Shown: positions 44,824-53,906 of the stretch, piece after piece
Numbering within the stretch: position 1 is the stretch's first letter
Layout: each line of letters opens with the position of its first letter
IMG/VR virus record: IMGVR_UViG_3300009146_000002
Location: 5,733-69,732 of that record
Origin: a virus
Length of the DNA: 64,000 bases
Strand: one strand, 5' to 3'
Translations under genes and position numbers: made by a program
Notes under the pieces: generated by a model
Seen by the model: only the letters and a program-made list of their open reading frames with translations
What the model was told of the DNA's origin: nothing
Database searches by the model: none

Positions 44824-45011
44824 CGCGCGCCCCCAGCTGCCGGGTCGATGCCCGCCGCCGCCAGCTCCACCTCATCGTCGGTCGGGTCGACGATCAGGCT
44901 CGGATCGTCGTACGGGGCGTGGATCAGCGATCCGTCCGCCCGCTCCAGAAACAGTCCGCCGCCGTCGTCGTCCATGACGTGCCACAGCTTGCCCTGATAG
45001 ATCGCCTTCAT
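44820..45011 (-). CDS. Small hypothetical protein
   Basis: ATGA-coupled chain; LIVDPTDDE. Confidence 0.55.
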   Translation of the reverse strand: MKAIYQGKLWHVMDDDGGGLFLERADGSLIHAPYDDPSLIVDPTDDEVELAAAGIDPAAGGAR

Positions 45012-45406
45012 CGCCCGCCCCCCGTCGTCCATGCCGCGCGCACAGCCGCGCGGAGTTCCTCGGTTGCCGTGTCGTTCCACTCGTCCGGGTCCGTGTCCTC
45101 GTGGGCGGCGAACCGTGCCACCTCATCGGGCCACGTCTCGGCGCGCTCCGCGAAGTGGTTCGGCCCGCTCGTGTGCGCCGCCAGCCAGCGCAGGCACGCG
45201 GGCGCGTCCCAGTCGTCCACCTCTGCCTGTTCCAGCTCGCGCTCGGCGTCCCACGCTTCGAGCACCGCGTTGTTGCACTCCTCGGCGAGTAGCTCGTACA
45301 CGCCCGCCACGGCCAACAGCTGGCTCGGGGCGGTGTACGTCTCGTCAAGGTGGGCGGCGAGTAGCCGATCAAAGTCGGCCGTGGTCATCGCGTCGTAGCG
45401 GCTCAT
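45008..45406 (-). CDS. Acidic early protein
   Basis: D/E-rich; ATGA-coupled. Confidence 0.55.
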   Translation of the reverse strand: MSRYDAMTTADFDRLLAAHLDETYTAPSQLLAVAGVYELLAEECNNAVLEAWDAERELEQAEVDDWDAPACLRWLAAHTSGPNHFAERAETWPDEVARFAAHEDTDPDEWNDTATEELRAAVRAAWTTGGGR

Positions 45407-45870
45407 CGCGCGCCCCCAGCGGCGGGCGCCGCGTTCGGGTCGGTCCACGGGTGGGCGTCCGGGTACTCGCTCAGGTAGCGCCGCACGCCCGGGTCGTACT
45501 GCTCACGCGCGATCAGCCGGTAGACCTCCGCGCGGTCCACGCCCCGGAAGATCACGCCCGTGTAGCCCTCCGGCACGGTCGGGTGCCAGCTGCCATAGGC
45601 GCTTGTCACTTCCAGCTCGCCGGCGGCCAGCCGCGCGTGCTTCGCCGCCTCTTCAGCCGTGCGCTTCGCCGCGCCGTCCTTGCAGCCGGTGTGAAGCGTG
45701 GCCTTGTGCTTCGCGTAGCAGCCCGGGCACAGGGCGCTCGGGTAGCAGTACGGCAGGGCGCCGCCGCTCGCGTAGTGAACCTTGTGCGGGCAGGTCCGCT
45801 TGCGGGTCTGGCCGCAGGCGCCGCAGCTATCGCAGGCCAGCCGCCCGCGCAGATCGTATGAGTATCCCAT
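45403..45870 (-). CDS. Cys-rich early protein
   Basis: CDSCG, CP, C..CPGC; GAGGAG RBS and its own promoter. Confidence 0.65.
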   Translation of the reverse strand: MGYSYDLRGRLACDSCGACGQTRKRTCPHKVHYASGGALPYCYPSALCPGCYAKHKATLHTGCKDGAAKRTAEEAAKHARLAAGELEVTSAYGSWHPTVPEGYTGVIFRGVDRAEVYRLIAREQYDPGVRRYLSEYPDAHPWTDPNAAPAAGGAR

Positions 45871-45938
45871 GTCGTTCTCTCTCCTCGGTTCGTGGTCGTT
45901 GTGGTCGTTGTCGTGGCCGTGTCTCGCGGCCTGTTAGC

Positions 45939-45968
45939 ATCCTAACACAGGATGCATATGCATGTCGT
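45939..45968 (-). promoter_or_regulatory. Extended -10 promoter ACGACA-N18-TAGGAT with ATGCATATGCAT in the spacer
   Basis: Closely parallels the promoter at 21505-21533. Confidence 0.65.
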
Positions 45969-46002
45969 GGCGCCGTCAGCTGGCGCAGACTGGCGCGCGC
46001 GC

Positions 46003-46737
46003 TCAGAACTTCATGGGCATGATCGCGATCGCGGTCTGCTCCGCCGCCGCCGTGAAGATCAGCACGCCGCCCGCCCCGCCGCTCTGCGCCACGTCCCACG
46101 CCCGCCCGCGCAACGGGTACGCGTACTCATCGGCCAGCATGATCGCCACGGGCGGAAAGACCGCCGCGCCGTCAGCCAGGGGCAGCCACTCGCTCGCCTC
46201 GCAGCCGTTCTCCGGGTCGCTCGCCGTGAGCGTGAGGCAGCCGCCGCCCCACGCCCACGTCACCGCGCCAGACGACTTTCGGCGGCAGGTGCGTACGCGG
46301 GCGTACGCCGCCCACGCTTCGACCGGCAGGGCGGGCAGGCTGACCGGGGCGGGGTACATCGCCGCCCGCGCCCGGTCGTCGGTCTCGCGGGCGGGCGTCA
46401 GCAGCGCGAAGTGGCCATCGGTCGCCCGGACGTGCCAGCCCGGGATCAGCTGCCGCCCCGCCGCCCGGGCAATGCGCCCGGCGGTATCGTCGGCCTTCGC
46501 GGCCAGCTGCCCGTAGTCGCGGGCAATGGTACCGATGTCCCGCGCGCCCCCAGCCGCCGGGCGCGTCGACGGCGTGGGCGGGTCGGGGCGGAACGCGCGC
46601 ACCCGCCCGGTCACGGCGCGGTACGCCTTCAGGATGGCCGCTTGCCGCGCCGCGTCGACGTCGGGGCGGAACGTCACGCCGTGGTCGGGCGTGGGCGGTA
46701 GGGCGTTCGTGGGGGCGGAGTGGTAGCTCGGGATCAT
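46003..46737 (-). CDS. Truncated sliding-clamp (DnaN)-like protein
   Basis: ATDGH, LTLTASDPENGCEASEWL and a terminal IAIMPMKF resemble beta-clamp domain II/III motifs. Confidence 0.55.
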   Translation of the reverse strand: MIPSYHSAPTNALPPTPDHGVTFRPDVDAARQAAILKAYRAVTGRVRAFRPDPPTPSTRPAAGGARDIGTIARDYGQLAAKADDTAGRIARAAGRQLIPGWHVRATDGHFALLTPARETDDRARAAMYPAPVSLPALPVEAWAAYARVRTCRRKSSGAVTWAWGGGCLTLTASDPENGCEASEWLPLADGAAVFPPVAIMLADEYAYPLRGRAWDVAQSGGAGGVLIFTAAAEQTAIAIMPMKF

Positions 46738-46976
46738 GGCTCGGTCCTCTCGTTGCCGGGGGTAGTCGAAATTGGGTCGACGTTCGTACGCGGGTACAGC
46801 GCCAGGTACCGCCGCCCGGCGTCCTCCGCCGTGGCGCCGTGGCCGGGGTGCCAGCTCAGGCGCGGGCAGCCCTCGCGCCAGTACGCCGGGCAGTACTGGC
46901 AGCCACAGTCGGGGCAGACCGTGTACGGCCGGTCGTGGCACTTGCAGCGGTAGACGCGGGCGGGGCGGGCGCTCAT
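46734..46976 (-). CDS. Small Cys-rich protein
   Basis: CKCH, CPDCG, CP..CP. Confidence 0.5.
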   Translation of the reverse strand: MSARPARVYRCKCHDRPYTVCPDCGCQYCPAYWREGCPRLSWHPGHGATAEDAGRRYLALYPRTNVDPISTTPGNERTEP

Positions 46977-47212
46977 CGCGCCCCCCGCCAGCTGCCAGCC
47001 CGCCGCGCCAGCCGCGCCAGCCGGGGCGCCGCCAGCTGGCAGCCCGCCAGCCCGCCCGCCGCCAGCATGATCGCCACGCCCGCCAGCCCGGCGCCCGCCG
47101 CCGCCCGCCAGACGGGCTCAGCGACCGCGCCGCCCGCCGCCAGCCACGCCAGCGGCGCCAGACTGGCCAGCTGGACCGCGTAGCCCGCCAGTGCTACCCG
47201 CCGGGCGCTCAA
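46973..47212 (-). CDS. Small Leu/Ala-rich membrane protein
   Basis: Two hydrophobic stretches. Confidence 0.4.
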   Translation of the reverse strand: MSARRVALAGYAVQLASLAPLAWLAAGGAVAEPVWRAAAGAGLAGVAIMLAAGGLAGCQLAAPRLARLARRAGSWRGAR

Positions 47213-47703
47213 AACAGATCCTCAGCCGCCAGCCGCGACGCGGGCGCCACGGGGGGCAGCCAGACCGGGGCGGGCGCTTGCGCCGCCGGGCGGGGCGCGT
47301 CGACCGTCAGACCGCCCGCCGGCGGCCGTGGCGTGACCGGGGCGGGGCGCAAGGGGGCGCCCGGGCCTTGACGGTCCGCCGGGGGGGCGATCGCGTCCCC
47401 TAGGGGCGCGTGGGCCGTTTCCGGGGCAGTCTCCGCCGCCCGCCGCGCCAGCCCGGCCAAGATCAGCCGGTTGACGTCCGCCAGCCGCTCAGCGCCCGCC
47501 GGGCTCAGCTCACGGTTACAGACCGCTAGCCGGTAGGCATGGGCGGCCAGCTGCAGCCCTTCTAGGTCGACCGTGGCCGTCTGGCGCTCAGCGGTCACGA
47601 ATAGCAGCGCCCGCAAGCCGTAGCACTCTGCAGACTCCCCGGGCGCCCGGGGGGCAAGCTCCGGCAAGCGTGGGTAGGTTGTCGTCGTCGTCGTCGTGAT
47701 CAT
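47209..47703 (-). CDS. Early hypothetical protein with N-terminal poly-Thr
   Basis: GAGGA RBS; ATG ATC (ACG)5 ACA ACC. Confidence 0.55.
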   Translation of the reverse strand: MITTTTTTTYPRLPELAPRAPGESAECYGLRALLFVTAERQTATVDLEGLQLAAHAYRLAVCNRELSPAGAERLADVNRLILAGLARRAAETAPETAHAPLGDAIAPPADRQGPGAPLRPAPVTPRPPAGGLTVDAPRPAAQAPAPVWLPPVAPASRLAAEDLF

Positions 47704-47823
47704 CGGTCCTCAATCGGTCAGTGGGGAGCAACGGCGCTCCCGGTTGCCCACGGTCGCCCGTGGGCATCCGGCAATGCCGGGGGGCAGCTGGCAGGGGTCG
47801 ACCCGCCAGCGCCCCCGCGCCCG

Positions 47824-48852
47824 CTAGGCCGCCACCAGCTGGCGCGCCAGCTGCAGGGCGCCGATCTTCAGGTCAGCATTGCCGCCAAACAGCGCCGACG
47901 CATGGGCCTTGCGCAGCCCTTCCGGGCTCTGGGCCTCAGCGGGCCGGACGTGGTCGACGTACTCAGTGATCGCATTGTAGGCAGCCCAGATCGACGCCTC
48001 ACCGGCGGCCACGTTCGCGCCCTGATTGGCCATCGCGGCGCCGCGCCCGTAGAACACTAGCCGCGCCACGGTGTCACGCCGGGCGACAATCACGGGCGAC
48101 ACGGGGCCGGTTGTCGTGGTGTTAGGGATCGCGGCATTGATGAACGCCTGCAGCCCGCGTGCGTCCAAGTTCTTGCGCGCCATGCTGGCAAACGTTTCGC
48201 CCGTGGCCTGTAGCGTGCTCATCAGCGTTTTCATGAGCTTTGCGGCGTCGTCGAGTCGGGCGCCCGCGTTGGTCGTATGGCGGACCGTGATCCACGCCTT
48301 GCGGCCGTTGGTGGCAGCGGTCAAGGTGTTCTGACAGACGACCCGGATCAGCGATGCCAGCCCGGAGATCGCCAGCTGGCCATCGTGCCCCCAGCTGAGC
48401 AGAAAGTACCCGTTGCAGTCGTCGCCGTCGAGCGGCGTTACCTTGCTGTCAGCAAGGCGCATGAGCACCCAGCACCGCTCACCGTTGCCCAGCACCCCGG
48501 CGGACGCCGGAACGCAGCCAAACTCCGTCGCCAGTACCTGCAGGATGTCTGTCGCTTGTGCGTTGCTCACGTGGGTATAGCCCGCGCCCACTACGCCCAG
48601 CTGCGCGGCCACCAGCCCGGCCGCGTCGAAGCGTACTGAGGCCTTATGGCCCTGTACCTCAGTGCCATCGGCTAGATACAGGGGCAGGCTGCCCACGTTC
48701 CAATCCATGTTGGCGGCCTTGAGCGCCGCCGCGATGCGCTCAGCGGGCGGTACGTCCTTCAGGTTCAGCCGCTGCCCCAGCCCGTGCCACGGGGTCTGAT
48801 CCAAGTAGGCGATCGCGTCTAAGCCGTTGATCGTTGCGAGATTGTGCGCCAT
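47824..48852 (-). CDS. DUF932 (TIGR03299-like) phage/plasmid protein
   Basis: MAH..PWHGLG, HDG, RVVCQNT, RHT, WAAYNAITEY.DH. Confidence 0.9.
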   Translation of the reverse strand: MAHNLATINGLDAIAYLDQTPWHGLGQRLNLKDVPPAERIAAALKAANMDWNVGSLPLYLADGTEVQGHKASVRFDAAGLVAAQLGVVGAGYTHVSNAQATDILQVLATEFGCVPASAGVLGNGERCWVLMRLADSKVTPLDGDDCNGYFLLSWGHDGQLAISGLASLIRVVCQNTLTAATNGRKAWITVRHTTNAGARLDDAAKLMKTLMSTLQATGETFASMARKNLDARGLQAFINAAIPNTTTTGPVSPVIVARRDTVARLVFYGRGAAMANQGANVAAGEASIWAAYNAITEYVDHVRPAEAQSPEGLRKAHASALFGGNADLKIGALQLARQLVAA

Positions 48853-49486
48853 GTCTGTAAGCCGTCCTATCAGTCGGTTAGTGGGCACCGTTTCCGGTGT
48901 CCCGGTTGCGTGTCTGGCGTGCGGGTGGCGTGTCTCGCGCCTAGGTGATCCCGCCGCCACCCCGGACCCCGGGGCACTGGCGATCAATGCATAGCCCATG
49001 CCACGGGCAGCTGCCAGCCGATAGCTATAGATAGCGCCAGCCGCTAGCAGATAGTCGCCCCCGGGGGCGCCTTATGTCCACTTGTCGCCAGCCCGCGCCA
49101 GCCCGCCGCCGCGCCGCCCGGGCGCCAGTTGGAACACCCGCTTATTGGGGATCAGTCGGTCGATCCCGCTAACCGCCGCCGCCGCAACGGGATACCGCGC
49201 CGGGCTCACGGTCGCCCCGTCCGCCGTTCCAACCTAGCCCGCCCGGGCGCCCGGTTCGCGCGCCTAGTGAGCATGGGGGGCGCGGGCGGCTAGGCGCGGG
49301 GCGCGGGCAGCTGGCAGGGCGCCCCCAGCTGGCAGGGGGCGCATTGTCCGCGTGGATGGGGCGGGGGGGTCGAGGAGAGCACGCGCCTGACGTCAGATCG
49401 TTGTGAATTGGTGAAATTTCGTTGAAATTCCTCAGCAATTTCGCCACTTCCTCCCCCGTGTCTGTTGGTTGCCGCAGGTGCCGACA

Positions 49487-49523
49487 GGGGGATCTAGACA
49501 GCGCGCCACAGCTAGCGGATCCT
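49487..49523 (+). promoter_or_regulatory. Putative late promoter (GGGGGATC-TAGACA-N17-GATCCT)
   Basis: Motif copy; ATG 8 nt after the -10 box. Confidence 0.6.
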
Positions 49524-49531
49524 GCCACGCG

Positions 49532-50281
49532 ATGCTCCACCTCTCGCGACAACGCGGGGCGCTCGCCGAACTCCTGGTCGCCTACCGGTTCCTCGAAGCC
49601 GGGCGCCTGGTGAGCTGGCCGATGGTGCCCTGCGCCTACGACCTGGTGGTCGACGGGGGCGATCGGCTCTACCGGGTGCAGGTTAAGCAGGCGCACGAGG
49701 AGCAAGGCGAGCGGCACTTCGGGCACTGGCGGGTCCGCCTCACCAAGCGCAACATCGAGACCGGCGACAAGCCCATCGCGGCCAGTGCGATCGACGTCCT
49801 GGCGGTGGTCACCACGCCCGACGTCGTGTTCGTCATCCCGGCGGGCGCCTGCACCTCGCCGGTGGACGAGCGCTACCTCAACGCGAGGATCGAGATCGGC
49901 CCGGAGAGCAAATACCAGCTCTTCCGCAACCGCTTCGCGCTGGGCACGGGCGCGACCCAGGAAGTCGCCCCGGTCCCGATCCGTCCCCCGCTGGGCACCG
50001 CGCACGGCGACTATCACCGCCGCCACAACCGGAGCGGGCCCCAGCGCAAGCCGCACGTCCGCCTCACCTCGGCACAGGTCGAGCAGATCCGACAGCTGCC
50101 CATCCGCTGGTTCAAGCACCAGGCCCCCGAGGGCCTGATCCCGCTCGACGACGCGGCGCGGCAGTTCAACGTCTGCCCGAACACGCTGCGGAAGGTGTGC
50201 CTCGACGGCGACCGGCAGGATCTGGGGAATTTCGGGGGCCCCAGGCTCGGTGTGACCCCGCCTGACACACCCCCCGCCTAG
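49532..50281 (+). CDS. PD-(D/E)XK endonuclease (group I intron-associated type) with C-terminal HTH
   Basis: GALAE..YDLVVD..YRVQVK; LDDAARQFNVCPNTLRK. Confidence 0.85.
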   Translation: MLHLSRQRGALAELLVAYRFLEAGRLVSWPMVPCAYDLVVDGGDRLYRVQVKQAHEEQGERHFGHWRVRLTKRNIETGDKPIAASAIDVLAVVTTPDVVFVIPAGACTSPVDERYLNARIEIGPESKYQLFRNRFALGTGATQEVAPVPIRPPLGTAHGDYHRRHNRSGPQRKPHVRLTSAQVEQIRQLPIRWFKHQAPEGLIPLDDAARQFNVCPNTLRKVCLDGDRQDLGNFGGPRLGVTPPDTPPA

Positions 50282-50282
50282 A

Positions 50283-50319
50283 GGGGGATCTAGACAGCCC
50301 GCGGATCCGCCCCCATCCT
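50283..50319 (+). promoter_or_regulatory. Putative late promoter (GGGGGATC-TAGACA-N17-CATCCT)
   Basis: Motif copy, 17 bp identical to 49486-49502. Confidence 0.6.
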
Positions 50320-50340
50320 GCCTGGCAGGCCCTGGCCCCC

Positions 50341-50703
50341 ATGTTCAAGCGACTCGCGACCGCGCTCCTCTTCCGCCGCATCAGCCGCGACCTGGCGGCC
50401 CTGGCCGGCGGGCTGGAGCGGCAGAACGCCCTCCTGCTGCGCCTGGTCGACCGCCTGGCGCCTGTCGACCCGACCACCCTGCGGAAGGACGTCACGGCCG
50501 ACACGGGCGTCAGCCACCTCGATGCGAACGAGGCCTACCTGGCCTTGCAGTTCATCGAGCGCACCCAGCGGGACACCGGCCACACGCCCGACGATGACGA
50601 GCTGCTGGTCTACCTGGCCGATGAGAAGACGGTCGACCTGCACCAGCGCCTCTCGGCGCGGCAAGACGAGCTGGAGCGCCTGCAGCAGGAGCGGCAGTGG
50701 TGA
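50341..50703 (+). CDS. Hypothetical protein
   Basis: 120 aa with typical codon usage. Confidence 0.65.
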   Translation: MFKRLATALLFRRISRDLAALAGGLERQNALLLRLVDRLAPVDPTTLRKDVTADTGVSHLDANEAYLALQFIERTQRDTGHTPDDDELLVYLADEKTVDLHQRLSARQDELERLQQERQW

Positions 50704-50938
50704 AGCGCGAGCCCCCGGTCGCCGATGCGCTCGGGCTGCGGCACGACCGCTGTCACGAGGACGGGCGGCTGCTGCGCGCGACACCGCTGCAGTCAGCCCT
50801 GCCCCCGCGGTCGCGCCCCCCGCGGGAGGCCGATCGGCTGTCGCGCCCGCAGCCCCCGCGGCCCATCCCCCCGCGGGTCCGCCCCACGCCCACGCCCGGG
50901 ATGGTGGCCTACCCGCTCCTCGGCGCCCGGGTGGTCAA

Positions 50939-51598
50939 GTGAGTCGCCCCCGCGGGCGGCCGGCGAATTCCACCTCGGCCCTGGTGCCGGCGGCGGCGCG
51001 CACCGACGCGGCGCTGGGCGATGTCGAGGCGGTGCTCAACCACCAGGCGATCGAGGTGTTTGCCCGAGCGGTCGGCGGGCGCGACCAGCTGGCCGATGTC
51101 CTGGCGGTGGCCGGCACGGGCGGCGAGATCGAGCGGGTGACGACCCTGCTCCTCGACCCGCGGTATGCGCACTGGACCCTCGCGCGCCTCTGCACGACGG
51201 TCGGCATCACGGTCGCGGATCTGTTCGCCAGCTACCGCAAGGCGATGATCGTCCGCGCGCAGATCGAGGCGACGCACACGATCGCCGCCCGGCTGCCGGG
51301 CGTGGTCACCGATGTGATGGACAAGGCGATCAGCGACCCCACCGTCGAGCGCCACAAGCTCGCGCTCGAACTCGGGCAGCTCCTGGAGAAGAAGGGCGGG
51401 CTGATCGTCCAGCAGAACAACCTGGCCGCCACGGTCGGCGCGACCGGATCCGGCTCGCTCGAACAGCTCCAGCAGGCGGTGGGCGATCTGCTCTTCGGGG
51501 ACCGGCGGGGCCAGGACGCGGCCGAGGCGGAGGTCATCGAGGCCGAGCCGGTGCCCGTCGACCCCGAGCCCCCCGCGGACGACGCCGCTGAGGCGTAG
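50939..51598 (+). CDS. Terminase small subunit candidate
   Basis: Helical HTH-like protein immediately upstream of terL; GTG start at 50939. Confidence 0.55.
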   Translation: MSRPRGRPANSTSALVPAAARTDAALGDVEAVLNHQAIEVFARAVGGRDQLADVLAVAGTGGEIERVTTLLLDPRYAHWTLARLCTTVGITVADLFASYRKAMIVRAQIEATHTIAARLPGVVTDVMDKAISDPTVERHKLALELGQLLEKKGGLIVQQNNLAATVGATGSGSLEQLQQAVGDLLFGDRRGQDAAEAEVIEAEPVPVDPEPPADDAAEA

Positions 51599-51608
51599 CG
51601 GCAAGCAT

Positions 51609-53906
51609 ATGTATCACCCGGATGTGATCGCCGAGCGCGAAGCGGCCGCGACCCGCCAGTTCGGGAGTGCGTTCCCGAACGGCGTGATCCCGCGCTACAG
51701 CGTGCGCGACAGCGCGGCGCTGACCGCCTCGGCGATGGCCGCGGTCGACGAGACCGGCGCGCCCATCCGCCCGCTCACCGAGGACGAGGCGCTGTTTGTC
51801 ACCAGCTCGCGCCTGCGGGTGATCTACGACTTCCCCTACTTCGCCGAGCGCTTCTGCTGGATCGACATGGAAGGCCACGGGCTGCGCCGGCTGACCCCCT
51901 TCTGGGAGTCGCAGAAGCTGGTCCTGGATCAGCTGGGGCGGATCGAGAAGGCCAACCAGGCGAACGGGTCGCCCGATGGGCTGCTCCTGAACATCCTGAA
52001 GGCCCGGCAGCTGGGCGTCTCGACCCTCAGCGAGGCGCTGGTCGCGCACCGCATCGTCACGCGCGCGCACATCCGGGCGCTCAGCGCGGCGGACGTCGAG
52101 GACCAGGCCGGGTACCTGTTCCGCATGGTCGTGCGCATCTACGACCAGCTGCCCTGGTTCGTCCGCCCGGGGAAGGTCTACTTCAACAAGAACCGCGAGC
52201 TCAGCCTCGCCAACCAGTCGTTCCTCAAGACCGCCTGGGGCAAGTCCACCCGCGGCGCGCTCCAGGCCCAGACCGGCCTCGAAGGCTCCAAGGGCTCGAT
52301 CGGCCGCGGCCAGACGTACTCGGTCGTCCACATCTCCGAGCTCCCGACCTGGGAGAACCCCGAGCAGCTCGACACGGCGCTCCTGCCCGCCATCCCCTAC
52401 GCCCCGGACACCCTGGTCCTCTACGAAGCGACCGCGGAGTTCGCCGGCGACTGGTGGCACAAGCACTGGCTGGCCTCCGGCGAGGGCGAAGGGCGCTTCA
52501 AGAACATCTTCATCCCCTGGTCGGCCGAGCCGAAGAAGTACTCGCTCCCCGCCCCGCTCGACTGGTCGCCCTCGGTCACGACCCTGGCGCACGCGGTCAA
52601 GGCCGAACGGGACTCGCCCAAGTGGTTCGCCGGCGAGACGCGCGTCCTCAGTCGCGAGCAGCTCTACTGGTACGAGAAGACGCGCGGCTTCTACGAGAAG
52701 AAGGGGCAGCTCTACAAGTTCCTCAAGGAGTACCCGGCCGACGACCTGGAGTGCTTCCAGTACGCCGGGCGGAGCATCTTCACACTCGAACAGCTGGAGC
52801 AGATCGACCAGGCGGGCTCCCGCCCGCTCCTCGACGTCTGGGCGGTCGAGCCGGCCCTCGGCATCGCGCAGCTGCGCCGCGACCACAGCACCGACAAGCC
52901 CTCAGCCGACCTGCAGGCCAAGCGCGTCGTCCCGCCGCTCGCGCCGCACGTCTCGCGCCTCTCGACCCTCGTCTCGCACGAAGTCGAGCCCGTCCCGCCG
53001 GGCTACGGCTTCCGCCGGCTCGACAAGGCCGCGCTCGCCTCGCTGCCCAACCTGCGCCAGGGCGTGCTCGCGATCTGGGAGTACCCGCGGGTGCGCGGCA
53101 GCCGCAGGTACATCCTCGGCGTCGACGTCTCCGACGGCCTGGGCCAGGACTACTCCGTCATCGACGTCATCCGCCAGCCGACGATCGAAGAGCCCGCCGA
53201 GCAGGTCGCGCAGTACGTCACCAACGTGCTCGACCCGAAGGCGCTCGCCTTCGTCTGTGACGCGATTGGCCGCTACTACGCCGACCCGGACGGCATCGAG
53301 GCGCTGGCCGCGATCGAGACGAACAACCACGGCCTGGCGACCCAGGACACGCTGCAGCTGCACCTGGGCTACAGCCACTTCTACGTCTGGGAATATGCGG
53401 ATGCCGCTTCAGCCGAGCGGCGCTATTCCACCCGCATCGGCTGGGTGACCTCCCCCCGGACGCGCCCGCTGCTCCTGGCCAGCTTCCACAACGCGGTGAC
53501 CGCGTTTGACCCGATCACCGCGCGGCCCGACTTCGTGCTCAACAGCCCGATCACCCGCGGCGAGCTGCGCCACTTCATCACCGCCTCGACGATCGGCGAA
53601 GCCGAAGCCGCGCGCGGCCAGCACGACGACTGCGTGTTCGCCGCCGCGATCGGCTTCTACGTCTCCTGGCGCATGTCGGGCGGCGAGGTGGAACCGGTCG
53701 CCGAGCGGCGCCGCCGCAAGACGGCGTTTGACGCGCTCACGGCTGAGGCGCAGATCGACCGCCCCGACTACCGCAACAGCCCGGCCTCCGCCGAGGACGC
53801 CGACGACCTGGAGACTGACCATGAAGAACGCGCCAGCCCCGACGACTACTACAGCCTCAGCGACGACACCGCGGGGCTCTTCTTCGACGACCGCACGCGC
53901 GCCTGA
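51609..53906 (+). CDS. terL: Terminase large subunit
   Basis: ILKARQLGVST (Walker A), VHISE (Walker B), ILGVDVSDG, IETNNHG, HDDCV. Confidence 0.95.
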   Translation: MYHPDVIAEREAAATRQFGSAFPNGVIPRYSVRDSAALTASAMAAVDETGAPIRPLTEDEALFVTSSRLRVIYDFPYFAERFCWIDMEGHGLRRLTPFWESQKLVLDQLGRIEKANQANGSPDGLLLNILKARQLGVSTLSEALVAHRIVTRAHIRALSAADVEDQAGYLFRMVVRIYDQLPWFVRPGKVYFNKNRELSLANQSFLKTAWGKSTRGALQAQTGLEGSKGSIGRGQTYSVVHISELPTWENPEQLDTALLPAIPYAPDTLVLYEATAEFAGDWWHKHWLASGEGEGRFKNIFIPWSAEPKKYSLPAPLDWSPSVTTLAHAVKAERDSPKWFAGETRVLSREQLYWYEKTRGFYEKKGQLYKFLKEYPADDLECFQYAGRSIFTLEQLEQIDQAGSRPLLDVWAVEPALGIAQLRRDHSTDKPSADLQAKRVVPPLAPHVSRLSTLVSHEVEPVPPGYGFRRLDKAALASLPNLRQGVLAIWEYPRVRGSRRYILGVDVSDGLGQDYSVIDVIRQPTIEEPAEQVAQYVTNVLDPKALAFVCDAIGRYYADPDGIEALAAIETNNHGLATQDTLQLHLGYSHFYVWEYADAASAERRYSTRIGWVTSPRTRPLLLASFHNAVTAFDPITARPDFVLNSPITRGELRHFITASTIGEAEAARGQHDDCVFAAAIGFYVSWRMSGGEVEPVAERRRRKTAFDALTAEAQIDRPDYRNSPASAEDADDLETDHEERASPDDYYSLSDDTAGLFFDDRTRA

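Noticed and set aside
49486-50298. 17-bp direct repeat as att sites or IS target duplication
   Set aside because: No transposase or terminal inverted repeats; the repeat belongs to the five-copy promoter motif
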